Source: Mytilus trossulus (lineage: Eukaryota). Taken from it: DNA of 64,000 nucleotides. The stretch is taken from assembly GCF_036588685.1 (NCBI RefSeq), contig NC_086384.1, positions 53,816,001-53,880,000 on the forward strand, written 5' to 3'. Below the pieces are notes generated by a model. It searched no databases, was not told where the DNA came from, and saw nothing but the letters and a program-made list of their open reading frames with translations. The translations under genes and the position numbers were made by a program. This document shows positions 1-35,700 of the stretch, in pieces (the stretch's first letter is position 1; every line of letters starts with the position of its first letter).

Positions 1-885
1 TTTGACCATGTAAAGACAGCTTAACCATTTTGACAATGTCAACACAGATTAACCATTAATACTTTGTCAAGACAGCTTGATCATTTTGTCAATGCCATGA
101 CATATTAACCATTTTGACCATGTCAAGACAGATTAACCATTTGACGATGTCAAGACAGATTAACCATTTTGACCATGTCAAGACAGATTAACCATTTGAC
201 TATGTCAAGACAGATTAACCATTTTGACTATGTCAAAACAGATTAACCATTTTGACTATGTCAAAACAGATTAACCATTTTGACCATGTCAAGACAGATT
301 AACCATTTTGTCTATGTCAAGACAGATTAACCATCTTGACTATGTCAAAACAGATTAACCATTTTGACCATGCCATGACAGATTAACCATTTTGACTATG
401 TCAAGACAGATTAACCATCTTGACTATGTCAAAACAGATTAACCATTTTGACCATGTCAAGACAGATTAACCATTTTGTCTATGTCACGACAGCTTAACC
501 ATTTTGACTATGTCAAAACAGATTAACCATTTAGACTATGTCAAGACAGATTAACCATTTTGACTATGTCAAGCAGATTAACCATCTTGACTATGTCAAA
601 ACAGATTAACCATTTTGACCATGTTAAAACAGATTAACCATTTTGACCATGTCAAGATAGATTAACCATTTTGACTATGTCAAAACAGATTAACCATTTT
701 GACCATGTCAAGACAGATTAACCATTTTGACAATGTCAAGACAGATTAACCATTTTGACCATGTCAAGACAGATGAACCATTTTGACTATGTCAAAACAG
801 ATTAACCATTTTGACTATATCAAGACAGAAAAACGATTTTGATTGTGCAAGACAGAATAACCATTTTGATAATGTCAAGGCAGAA
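1..885 (+). repeat. 28-bp tandem satellite (ACCATTTTGACTATGTCAAGACAGATTA), about 31 copies, runs off the window start
   Basis: Period 28 (GATTAA at 241, 269...); unit core matches the SAM exon sequence CATTTTGACTATGTCAAGACAGA. Confidence 0.95.
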
Positions 886-939
886 TAATTATTTTAACTT
901 AAATATGATAATTTGTTATATTAAAATAATTTTGACCAT

Positions 940-1281
940 GTTTTGACATTATCTTAGATTTAGGGTTATTTTGACTATGTTTTTATATTTTCATTTCAGA
1001 CATTACCATATTGACTATGATTTGATATTATCTTTCGAGACTTGGCCCTTTTTGACTATGATTTGATATTTTCTTTAAAGACTTTAATGGTCATTTTGAC
1101 TATATTTTTGATATTATCTTTTCAGACGTGGTCATTTTGACTATGATTTGATATTTTCTTTACAGACTTGGTCATGACTATATTTTTTATATTACTTTTT
1201 CAGACTTGGTCATTTTGACTATGATTTGATATTTTCTTTACAGACTTGGTCATGACTATATTTTAGATATTATTTTTTCAG

Positions 1282-1300
<19 letters not shown>
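940..1300 (+). repeat. About 38-42-bp tandem repeat of the SAM-exon 3' splice site plus first ~19 exon nt
   Basis: Successive (T)nCAG|ACTTGGTCA(TTT)TGACTAT copies near 1125, 1164, 1203, 1243, ending in the real acceptor at 1281; more degenerate copies upstream. Confidence 0.9.
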
Positions 1301-24109
<22,809 letters not shown>

Positions 24110-27100
24110 TTCAATGGATTTGAATATTGATATTACATGTATAAGCTTCACAAAAAGCTTGTCTGGCACCTTTATTTATTATTATATATGTTTTTACATT
24201 CCCCCTCTTGAAACATGAGAAAACCTTAAATCTTTTTTTAGCTTGAAATTTTATAAATTTGACAAATAAATCATTAAGTTATTGCATAAACAAATATTTG
24301 TTTAGGTCTGGCAACCTTTTTTTAAAGCTAATACTTTTTTAAAGACAGAAAATATTCTGTAATATTTGTGACTCAGACATCAATTGACCCCCTTAGTCAA
24401 GTCAATAAAGTGTTTGAGAATAAATAATTTTATTAGAAAATAATTTAGTTCAGATTCCTTCCCTTAATGTGCGATTAGATTTAAACAGAAAAACTTGGAA
24501 GATGCCTGCAGAACAACAGAAAATGGATTTCTTTCTGGTTGACTGACTAGTGAAGAAATAATGTCGTTTTAAGATAAGGGATATTTTTGTCATATGAACA
24601 CATTACACATGTATATTTCAGTTGAAATGCTTCTTTTCTCACTAAACTGACCTCATTTTCCATTGCATGTTTGCATCTTTTCAATATTTTCCAATATATA
24701 TAAAGCATTTGTCAATGTCATTGTTTCATTGGTTCTCATTTTTACGTACAGAAAAATTAAGAACAGGCAGCAGATGGCCATGTGATCATGTGATATTGTA
24801 GTCCTTCTAGGTTAATATTTGTAGGGAACAAGGGCATTAATTTATTTTTTGAAAGTAGCTTTAGTTGCAATCACATCATAAAAAAACGTTGGGAATAAAA
24901 AAAAATCCGAAAATCTTTGTAAAAAAAACCCCATCTTCGTTCAGTTTATTACCAGCACAAAGATCTTAGGACAACCCATTCAAGGTTACATATCAATTAC
25001 CACTATCATGATTATTCAATACCAAAAAAATGTTCAGTCAGATACTACAAGTTTCTTAAATGATTGTATTAAATTAAAAAAATATTACAATGGTATGAGT
25101 TTTTATAATCTTTGAAAAATCCCAAAAGATAAAAGGAGGAAGATGATTGGCCAGAAAAGATTGTGACTTGAAAATGGAAGGGTAGTGAATGGAAACCTAA
25201 TATGTTCTTTTGTTAAGCATGTTATGATTGTTTTTTTTAAAGTTATGATTTATATCATGTATATTGCCTTTATAAATTATACTGATGAATTCTTTTTTGA
25301 AGTATAAATTAAAAAAAAAAACTGACTTTTGACCTGGAAAATCACCAATTTCCATTAGAGCCAAACTTTTTATGCTTAAAAATAGGTCTATGGACAAATC
25401 AAGTTTTATGATATCTGAACATGCTGAAGGTGTTGAACATGTTTTTTTAGCAAATTTTGTTTAGAATTTTTTTCTCTAATTTTTGTACTATTTTCACATT
25501 TCCTAACCGGTGTGAAAAAAATAATTCTCCTCACTAGTGAAAAATCTGTTCCCAGAAAATGATTATTCAAAATTTGATTATGACATCTAAATGTTTTGTT
25601 TTCTTCTGAATTTTCCTATTGTGATGCCATGAAAAAAGGCATCAATGCCTGATATTGTCGCATATAAAGAACACAAGTTTTTGAAAATCTTTGAAAAAGA
25701 ACGATCCAAAGCATTAGAGAAACAGATTTCAACACTATACCTCATTTATTACGATATTTCTTCACATTCAAAAGTTAAATTTTATTATTTAAAGAGCTTG
25801 ACAAGCATCACGCTTTAAATGATAAAATTTTACTGTATTGAGTGGAGAAATATCGTAATACCCCTGATGCAGTGTAAGAATCTATATTTCTCTCTTGTTT
25901 CTCTAAGGTTTTGAATTTTAAAGGCATGAATATTGAGCTATAACATGTATAACTAACTATATATTGAAATTTTAATTCTTATCTCATTTTTAATATATAC
26001 AAGATATTTGTAAAAACTCATCACAAATACTAACTAGAAAACATGTCATTTTTATGGTGTATATATACATAGTACATGTACTTGCATTTAGAAGTAAAAT
26101 ACACAGCTTAATTATTGAATTCTGTCAAGCGACTATTATTTATTATGATAGTTTACTCTTTATTGAGGCAAGTTTTGATATTGATTACAGAAATTTCTAA
26201 ATTTTATTACAAATGAAGCCTAATGACTTTGTTTACAATGAAGGGAAAGAAGGGGGCATTATATTTTTCTGGTCTGTTCTTTTCAGGTAAAAGTTTTTGG
26301 TCTAGATAGTTGACCATGAAAGTGTCATGATTGTGGTCAGATCAACTTGAAACTTATGGATAACAAGCCAAGTAACTTTAATCCAAGTAAGGCATGGTTT
26401 CCTTTGGGCCCATATTTGTTTTGTAAGGTTGCCTGAATCTTCTAAAATGTTAGAAATTGTACTTTTAATAAAAATCAAAATTTTATAATTATAATAATGT
26501 TAAATTTTGTATAAATTGTTATGCTTTGTCAAATCGTATTAAGTTTTTATGTTGTACAGACAGAATTTTAATTTTCATTTATTGCACAACAAATTTTAAT
26601 TCAAATATTTTATATTATTATTTTTGTTAAAATGATTTCATATTAAAGTATATATGTTATTCTCATATTTAAATATGCAGTCATATTTAATTACCTAGGA
26701 ATAAAAATGAAAAATTAGTTTATTATTATTTATTATCATGATATTACTTGTGAAGGAAAATGGTGGACAAAGGTCAACACACTGACAGCTGCATTAACTT
26801 ACATACTAGTCATTAATGTGTGCATTTATTATTGCAAATCCTTGATCTCTGCCAACAAAAATTAAATCTATTCAATGTGATGGTTATTTTTTAAAGAAAC
26901 AACACTGAATTTATGAATGCATGTTATTATTGTTTTGAACCTGTTGCTTTTCTTGCAACATGTAACCATGTCAGTGGCGTTGGGGTATATGCTCTCCTTG
27001 AGGTTTGGAGAAAAATTTACCTTTTAACCCAAGACTTTAAATTAAAAGAATGTGTCTTGGTATGATGAAATGTCTTCCTCTGAATCTTAACCTTTAAAAA

Positions 27101-28244
27101 TACAAAAATGCAACTCGACATATGGGTTAAGTTCAAAACATGGTATATTCTTGTTTAATTTAGGTGTAAATATCCTGAAAATACATCTTATAATTAACAC
27201 TGAACTTAAATGATTCAACAAGCACTATTGCAACTAACATATATTTTTTTAAATAACATATAAAAACAACACATTTGGGTGAATATTGCCCTTCTTTGGT
27301 TTAAAGCAAACACAATGTGTAGCTCATCAATATATATCATGATATATGCTCTTCCCCTAATTAAATTTAACATGTAACAGATCAAACCTTTTATTTAGTA
27401 TACATCAACTGTTTTGGGGGATTTCTGTGATGTATTAGAACTTTTTTCCCCCTTTTTTGTCATATTATTTTCATTGTTGTCTGTGGAATATTGATTGTTA
27501 CCTTTTTCGCATTTTTTTGCTGTTTTTCCTAAAGCACTTTTAGGTCTAACAATATCTGAAATTTTCATACAAGTACAAAGAATAACTATAAAAAAAAGAT
27601 GTGGTATGATTGCCAATGAGACAATTGTCCACAAGAGACCAAAATGACACAGACATTAACAACTATAGGTCACCATACAGCCGTCAACAATGAGCAAATA
27701 AAATTGAGAATTGAAATGGGGAATGTGTCAAAGAGACAGCCCATACTGCATAGTCAGCTATAAAAGGCCCTGATAAGACAATGTAAAACAATTCAAACGA
27801 GAAAACTAACGGCCTTAATTATAGAATGTTTAATTGGAGAGCCTAAATAAAAAAACAATTTTTCCAAGTTCGTGAATACCTGTTCTTGATCTATTATATC
27901 AGGAATTCCAAATAATGATGACCTTTTAAAAGACGACTTTTTGACCCAATGAGGGATCTTTAAAATAACGAAAAACAAAAAAAACAAAAAATTAAATTAT
28001 TATTCAACTTTCGGATTGCAAGAAAATGTTTTAGTGGTTTCTGATATTTATTTCTCAGAATACCTCATATTGTTGTTTCAAAACTATCAATACAGAATAA
28101 AAGAAACAACAAAAACAAGAAAAGAGAAAATAGTCTAAATATACAAAGAATAGAAAATAATAGGTTGTTACAACATAAAGAATAGAGAAAATAGGTGAAA
28201 GAATACCGCATAGGGAAAAATTTGTTTACTGAATACAGACATTC

Positions 28245-28392
28245 TAGTTATCAAAGGTACCAGGATTATAATTTAGTACGCCAGACGCGCGTTTTGTCTA
28301 CATAAGACTCATCATTGACGCTCATATCAAAATATTTATAAAGCCAAACAAGTAAGAAGTTGAAGAGCATTGAGGATCCAAAATTCCAAAAA
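28245..28392 (-). mobile_element. Retrozyme fragment with mutated hammerhead
   Basis: Minus strand GAGCGTCA-ATGATGA-GTCTTATGTAGAC-AAAA-CGCGCGTC-TGGCGT; C3 and G12 core changes. Confidence 0.8.
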
Positions 28393-28844
28393 CTTACCCT
28401 CGTCCCTGTGTGTGGTTTCTGTCGAACACATAATGGAATAAACACACGTAAATTCGAAATAGGGTATGACATATTCAGACAGGGCTGCCAGCTTCACCCT
28501 GACCTGTCAAATTGGCAGCCCACTGTACTGAAATTTGAAACCCATTCAGCAATATTGTGTTTATATATTGAACCAGCAACATGTCAATCAGATGTTGATT
28601 CTTGAATAGAATTCAGGTAAAGTAGTCCATCAGCAGTAATATACCTTTACCGTCAAGCTACCAAAATAAGGCAAAAAAGGAGACCATTTTGGTGCTTAGA
28701 AATACAAGTTTAAGAATTTAGAAAAAGGCTTGAAAATCGAAGAATACATCGACGAAGAAGCACCAATACAGACCCTTGCTTACGGACATCACGTGCAATG
28801 TCGTATTTTAAAATTTGACTTGATAGCAAATATTTTTTTCATGA

Positions 28845-29906
28845 CAGGTCTTCCAAGTGCTCCACGAAACCCCTTTCTAAATTATTAACATTCATTTTAT
28901 CAGCAATCAAAGACGGGCTTCAAAGTTATTGTGTAACTGCCTATTCTAGAGGTGGCGTGAATCAGATGTGGATACTTAAAATTCCAAAGATCTTTTAGAG
29001 TACATACAATCTAACTCTCTTTCATCTTGTAACAGTATTAAAACATTTGACTTTTCTACTCTTTACACAAGTATTCCACATTCCAAACTAAAAGACAAAT
29101 TAAAAGAGTTGGTATTACTTTGCTTCATTAAAAAGAATGGCCAACGTAGATACAAGTATCTCGTCTTAGGGAGGGATAAATCCTATTTTGTAAAGAATCA
29201 TTCTGATTCAAATAAAAAATTCTCTGAAACCGATATTATCAAGATGCTTTATTTCTTGATTGACAACATATTTGTTACGTTCGGAGGACGTGTTTTTCAA
29301 CAGACTGTCGGCATCCCAATGGGAACAAACTGTGCCCCTCTACTCGCTGACTTGCTTCTTTATTATTATGAGGCTGACTTCATGCAGGAAGAAAGATAAG
29401 AAGTTAGCAATATCCTTTAACTCTACTTTCCGCTATATAGATGACGTTCTTTCACTAAGCAATTCAAAATTTGGTGACTATGTGGATCGCATCTATCCCA
29501 TCGAACTGGAGATAAAGGATACTACTGATACAGTTAAGTCGGCTTCATATCTTGACTTACATCTAGAAATTGACAATGAGGGTCGGTTGAAGACAAAACT
29601 TTACGACAAAAGAGATGATTTCAGCTTTCCAATTGTGAACTTTCCATTTCTAAGTAGCAACATTCCAGCAGCACCTGCATACGGGGTATATATCTCCCAA
29701 TTGATACGATATTCCCGTGCTTGCATTTCCTATCATGATTTCTTGATAGAGGGTTACTGCTCACAAGGAAGCTATTAAACAAAGAGTTCCAAATGGTGAA
29801 GTTGAAATCATATCTTCGTAAATTTTACGGACGCCATCACGAGTTGGTTGACCGTTATGGAATAACCGTTTCACAAATGATATCGGATATGTTCCTTACG
29901 TCGTAA
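28845..29906 (+). mobile_element. Penelope-like reverse transcriptase fragment (disrupted)
   Basis: KTFDFSTLYTSIPH, FQQTVGIPMGTNCAPLLADL, FRYIDDVL, YGVYISQLIRY motifs across frameshifted ORFs 29109-29399 and 29260-29778. Confidence 0.85.
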
Positions 29907-30207
29907 CTACAATCCACTTCCCTTTCATGAATTTGACCTACCGAATTAGACTTTTTACCGGATTTGTAATCACATAAGCAACACGACGTGTGCTGCATGT
30001 GGAGCAGGATCTGCTTACCCTTCCGGAGCACCTGAGATCACTCCTAGTTTTTGGTGGGGTTCGTGTTGTTTATTCTTTAGTTTTCTATGTTGTGTCATGT
30101 GTGCTATTGTTTTTCTGTTTGTCTTTTTCATTTTTAGCCATGGCGTTGTCAGTTTGTTTTAGATTTACGAGTTTGACTGTCCCTTTGGTATGTTTGGTCC
30201 CTCCTTT
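29907..30207 (+). mobile_element. 3' non-coding part of the RT element; recurs alone as a non-autonomous repeat (about 42170-42455, 44655-44812, 46620-46875, 49185-49440, 53150-53400; inverted at 34025-34120, 37470-37640, 55390-55860)
   Basis: Shared GTGGAGCAGGATCTGCTTACCCTTCCGGAGCACCTGAG..GGGGTTCGTGTTG..GCCATGGCGTTGTCAG blocks. Confidence 0.7.
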
Positions 30208-30404
30208 GTATTTGTAGAAACTTTTTATGTTTCTTCGATTTATTCTTATAATGGGAATATGAAAGAAATGCATGATACAGACACGCCTACTTTAGCCCCT
30301 TAATAATAATTTATTAAGGGTTTACATATGTAGGTTAAATTCTTGAATAAGATACGAATAGTATATACATCAATCGAAAAAGAAGATCACTCTTGTAAAG
30401 TAAG

Positions 30405-30836
30405 ATACCAATAACATTAACGGTACCAATGTTCCAGTACCAGATGCGCATATCGACAACATATGTCTCTTCAGTGATGCTCGTGGCCAAAATATTTGAA
30501 ATCCAAATCTTAATTAAAAGGTGAAGAGCTATAGACCAAAAGGTCCAAAAAGTATTGCCAAATCCGTGAAAGGAATGGGAGCTTTCAAATTGCATGATTT
30601 ATAACATTATTAAAATATAATAACTTCTAAGATTTTGTAAGGGCAAATTTTAATACCACAAAAAAAATCCTTATTTTCATACCTGTACCAAAGTACTGGC
30701 TACTGGGCTGGTGATACCCTCGGGGACTAACAGTCCATCAGCAGAAGCATCGATCCAGTGGAAGTAATAACATTGACGGTACCAATTTTCCTGCACGAGA
30801 TGCGCATTTCGACAAAACATGTCTCTTCAGTGATGT
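30405..30836 (-). mobile_element. Non-LTR retrozyme, family B (356-bp monomer bounded by two type I hammerheads)
   Basis: Direct repeat with period 356; minus-strand CTGAAGA-GACA..TGTC-GA(A/T)A-TGCGCA-TC at about 30437-30482 and 30793-30836. Confidence 0.85.
30793..30836 (-). ncRNA. Type I hammerhead ribozyme motif (core intact, one stem I mismatch)
   Basis: ACAUCA CUGAAGA GACA-UGUUU-UGUC GAAA U-GCGC-A UC UCGUGC. Confidence 0.78.
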
Positions 30837-32657
30837 TGAAAGGAATATTCAAACTTTTAAACAGCAGCCGACTTAAATCTTGCGTATTAAATTATTACCC
30901 TGATACATTTATGACTATTATCATGTCGTAATGTTCTATTGTATTGTTAGTTTCTGAATTTCATTATCCTGAATGCTTTTTCATTTATGTGTATTGTAGT
31001 CCTGTCATATGATGTTGGCATTTTTGTGTTATATTTAACATTGCAATGAAAGCGGGAGGTATGACTAGCCACAAAATCAGGTCCAAACCATCATGTTTTT
31101 CTTAAAATGTCACAAACAAAATCAAGAAAATGGCATTTGTTATCTTATAGTTCGTTTCTGTGTGTATTACATTGATGTTGTTTTGTGTTGCACTTTAGTA
31201 TTTCTGTTGTTTCGTTGTTTTCCTCTTCTATTTGATGAATTTTCCTAAGTTTCAGTTTGTAAGCCGAATTTTTTTATCTCTCAATCGATATATGACTTCA
31301 GAACAGCGGTATTCTGCTGTTGCTTTATTTACCGGCGGTGATTTCATGCAATCTAACTTGGTCCACATGTAACAAATGAGATGCGTCGGATATTATAAGT
31401 TACATAGTTTGCTAGTGACCCAAAATTTACCGTATTACGTCACTGGCACACTGTGTAACGAATTTATCTTACCGACTATCTTAACGTGTGAAATTTAGGA
31501 TAGTGAGCTATCAAAATAAGGAAGTCTTCAAAACTGTTAGTATCAAGAAACTACTTCCATTGATCATACAAAAAAAGAAGCCAACAATAACAACTTGTTA
31601 GGTTTAAATGTGTTTTATGAATTATCTTCAATTTCTTCGTCTGTTAAACAATGTTAAAGCCTTTAAGATTTTTTTCAGAACCGATTGTTTTTATAAAGGG
31701 ACGTAACATTACTAATAACAGTGTATGAATTAAGCCCCGCCTCCCTACTAACCTAATATGAAATATACACGGTCTTCACGAGGACGCTTTTAACCAATCA
31801 TATTCCTTGAAATGTATAGTAGGTAAGATAAAAATGTATATTGATACATCAGCTATATTATTTCGGGTCGAAACAATCTGTATGAATAGACTGTTACTGT
31901 TTGAACATGTACATGAAGTTAAAGCCGTATACAAAAGACCTAAATTCACCTTTTATTCCGTATTTGAATGTTCTGATATCAACCATAGTCTTGTGTATGT
32001 ACAGGAATACGTGCACTTGCATGAGCCATTATCTATCCGACGTTACTCAAATGATAAGATACAGATACAATGACGCTGCCCACGAGACACCACTCAAAAA
32101 TGTGTAGTGCTTAACCAACCTAAATTGACGGTTTGATTTAAAAAGTACTCATTAAATACATCTATCTTTAATTGTTGTCTGCAGATGTCGTTTGGTTATT
32201 TTATCTTGACGTATCGAACCCAGCATCTCCTTGTATGAACAGTGTATACTGTAAACATTTTTAATTATTGCAGCAACAAGCAAAAAAAAAATAAAATCGG
32301 AAAAAATCAGTAAAGAAAAAAACACAAAAAAACTATTGAAGAAGAAGAAATTCACAGGATATAAATAAGGAAGTCGAGATAAAAGGGAAAAAATCCACCC
32401 CAAAAAATTGAATTAAACGCCTTTATAGTGTATCTTAATAATACTCAATGACTGTTCAACAATGGGTTTCTTCCTTAGAAGATGAAATAACAAGACCAGT
32501 CAATTGTATACAATTTCCTCAAATGTTCTTCCCAGCTTCATAAATATTCATTGTTAATGCGTGTCTTTTGTAGGCCAATCGCATGACAAAACTAGTCGAA
32601 AGTTTAATTTAATGAATAACGCTTATCTAATTGAAAATTGGCAGTATTAAAGATTAT

Positions 32658-32710
32658 ATTATTGATTGGTTAATTTTTTAGATAGTTAAAACCGCAAGTT
32701 CATATAAACC
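32658..32710 (+). promoter_or_regulatory. Putative core promoter of LamG-PAN gene A (reverse CCAAT plus TATA)
   Basis: TATTATTGATTGGTTA then CATATAAA about 35 nt before ATG; same layout at paralog B. Confidence 0.55.
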
Positions 32711-32739
32711 AATATTATATCAAGGTTCTCACGTACAGA

Positions 32740-35700
32740 ATGGATGCATGTACCCTAGTACTAATATCAGGTAAGTTTAGAAAAATAAAGTTTGGCTCTC
32801 TTTTTTTCAGAACTTTATATAAAAAACAACCATGCATGAAAGCTTTAGTAACTTTTTAAACTTTTCTTTTAGATGTTTATTGTTAAACGTTTGAGATTTG
32901 AATTATTTGTTTTACATAGATATAAAAAAAAAAAAGAAGATGTGGTATGATTGCCAATGAGACAACTATCCACAAAAGACCATAATGACACAAACATTAA
33001 GAACTATAGGTCACAATACGGTCTTCAACAATGAGCAAAGCACATACCGCATATTCAGCAATAAAAGGCCCCGATAAGACAATGTAAAAGAATTCAAACG
33101 AGAAAACAACCGGCCTCATTGATGTAAAAAATGAACGAAAAACAAATATGTAACACATAAACAAATGACAACCACTGAATTACAGGCTCCTGACTTGGGA
33201 CAGGCACATACTTAAATAATGTGGCGGGGTTAAACATGTGAGCGGGATCCCAACCCTTCCCTAATATGGGACAGTGGTATAGCAGTACAACATAAGAACG
33301 AACTATAAAAAGCAGTTGAAAAAGGCTTCACTCATCAGATAGACAAAAAATACAAGTGGATAGATGTCTACCTAATCAGTGTTTGTTTGGTTTCCTTATT
33401 TTTGTTATCTTTTGATTTTCGAACACCACACATAAAGGACTTTAACTTTCGCACACATTTACACTTCAAACCTTTTATATTTTTACAAATTATATCAAAC
33501 TTAAAGGTATCGAATACCTGAGTCGCATTGTGCACAACATATCAGAATTTTCGGTGTTTAAATCGCAACAACATTGTTTTTGATAAGGCTTACCAACTGG
33601 TACAATTCGAGCGTCACTGATGGATCTATGGATCTGATGTAGACGATAGTTATCAAAAGTACCAGGATTATAATTTTATACGCCGACGCGCGTTTCGAAA
33701 CTGGCGCCTTGCGTACACAACTACAAATGTTTATGCCTGGAGTCATTGTTGATTTGAAAATAAAGTATTTTTTTATCAAACGGTACGAAGTTAACATGGT
33801 TAATGTGTTATTAATCATTCGTCATTAATATATGCTAATATTTCTAAAGTTAAACCCGCTAGATGAAATTTGGTTTTTCAATTTTGTATCTTAATCGACC
33901 TTTAAACTATTATGCTTCAAGTATCTCTGACGAGTCATTTGAAGACGACAATAACAATCAAAACCAAGAAGTAAACAAAGACTCACAAAACCAAAGGACA
34001 TTCACATCAACAATTATAAACAATAATTAAGAAATAACACAAACTCCACTAAAAACCGGGAGTGAAATCAGATGCTCCGAAAGGGTAAGCATTTCCTACA
34101 CCGTATACGGCATCCGTCGTATCTATATATCTATAGATTATTTTTGTTTACATTGTTGCATGTCATTTGTATATAATTTATTCAACTGTCAACTATCGAT
34201 TCGTTGATATTCATTGATACACACACACCGTACCTTCATAAACTTAACTAATTAAAAATCACATAGGCAATACTTATGTACCAAAGAATTCTCGAAATAA
34301 CATAACTTGCTTTATTTTGTACCTGCATTGGTGGTTTGCTATAAACCTGGATTAGCGTTTAATGTCCCATTGTGACCAGTAAACAACTAAAAAAAACAAC
34401 TCAATAATTCATAAATTTAAACGACACTGTAATTACCTTTGTAATAAGACACATTGGGGATCAGATAAAAATGTCGGATTAAGCAAGTTTGATGAAATAC
34501 TAAGTTTTTTTGTTTTTTTATAAAAACAAGATATATTCTGAAATCCTGAAAATGTGTCGGTTAAAACAGGATGATGGAATAGTTGTCAAAAGTACCAGGA
34601 TTATAATTGAAGACGCCAGACGCGTGTTTCGTCTACATAAGACTCATCAGTGACGCTCAGATCAAAATAGTTATAGAGCCAAAAAAGTAAAAAGTTGAAG
34701 AGCATCGAGGACCAAAAAGTTCCTATAAGTTGTGCCAAATACGGTTAAGGTAATCTTTGTCTGGGATAGGAAAATCCTTAAGTTTTTTTTCGAAGAATTC
34801 AAAGTTTAGTAAAAATTGATCATATAATTGATATTCATGCCAACACCGAAGTGCTGACTACTGAGCTGGTGATACTCTCGTGGACGAAACGTACACCTGC
34901 AGAGGCATTGACCCAGTATTGTAAATAGTTATCAAAGGTACCAGGATTATAATTGAATACGTCAGACGCTTGTCGTCTACATAAGAGTCATCATTGACGC
35001 TCAGATCAAAATAGTTGTGAAGTCAAATAAGTAAAAAGTTGAAAAGCATTGGGGACCAAAAACTCAAAAAAAGTGTGCCAAATACGACTAAGGTAATCTA
35101 TTCCTGGGATTAGAAAATCCCAAGTTATCCTTAGAATCCTAAGAATAATCAGGTGTCAGATTAGGCAGGTTAAACTATACTAGTGATTTCTTTTTTTTCG
35201 TAAAGCGATATTCAGGCCTCCATATTGGTGAAGGCATTTTATGATAATGTTAAAGGAAAAACATCCTTGAATCCAGATTATCATCATAATATGAAATGTT
35301 CTTTTTAGCTAAGTGTTGGAAACAGAGATATATTATTGTAGAGTAACTACGGACGGCTGAAATATATTCAAAATAAAACAAAATACAAACTTAAGTTGAA
35401 ATGCATATTTTTATCATCGCCAAAGTCTTTGAAATTCTCACTGTATACCAACCAATTTATTTTAGTATTACACAAATTTTCGTTGTAGGTTTATCTAACA
35501 TTGCATGGTGCATCCCCGATCTGTTATGGCCATTGAACAGTGAAACATACGCGGCAGAAATCATACATAATAATCAAAATAATTCTGCTGGATGTAATAT
35601 AAAATTTGCACAAGACATGCCACCGACTTTCCTGAACCTTGCTGTTTCAACGGACGACGATCATGTCATTGATGTGAGACTTGCACACAGTATTAGTTTG

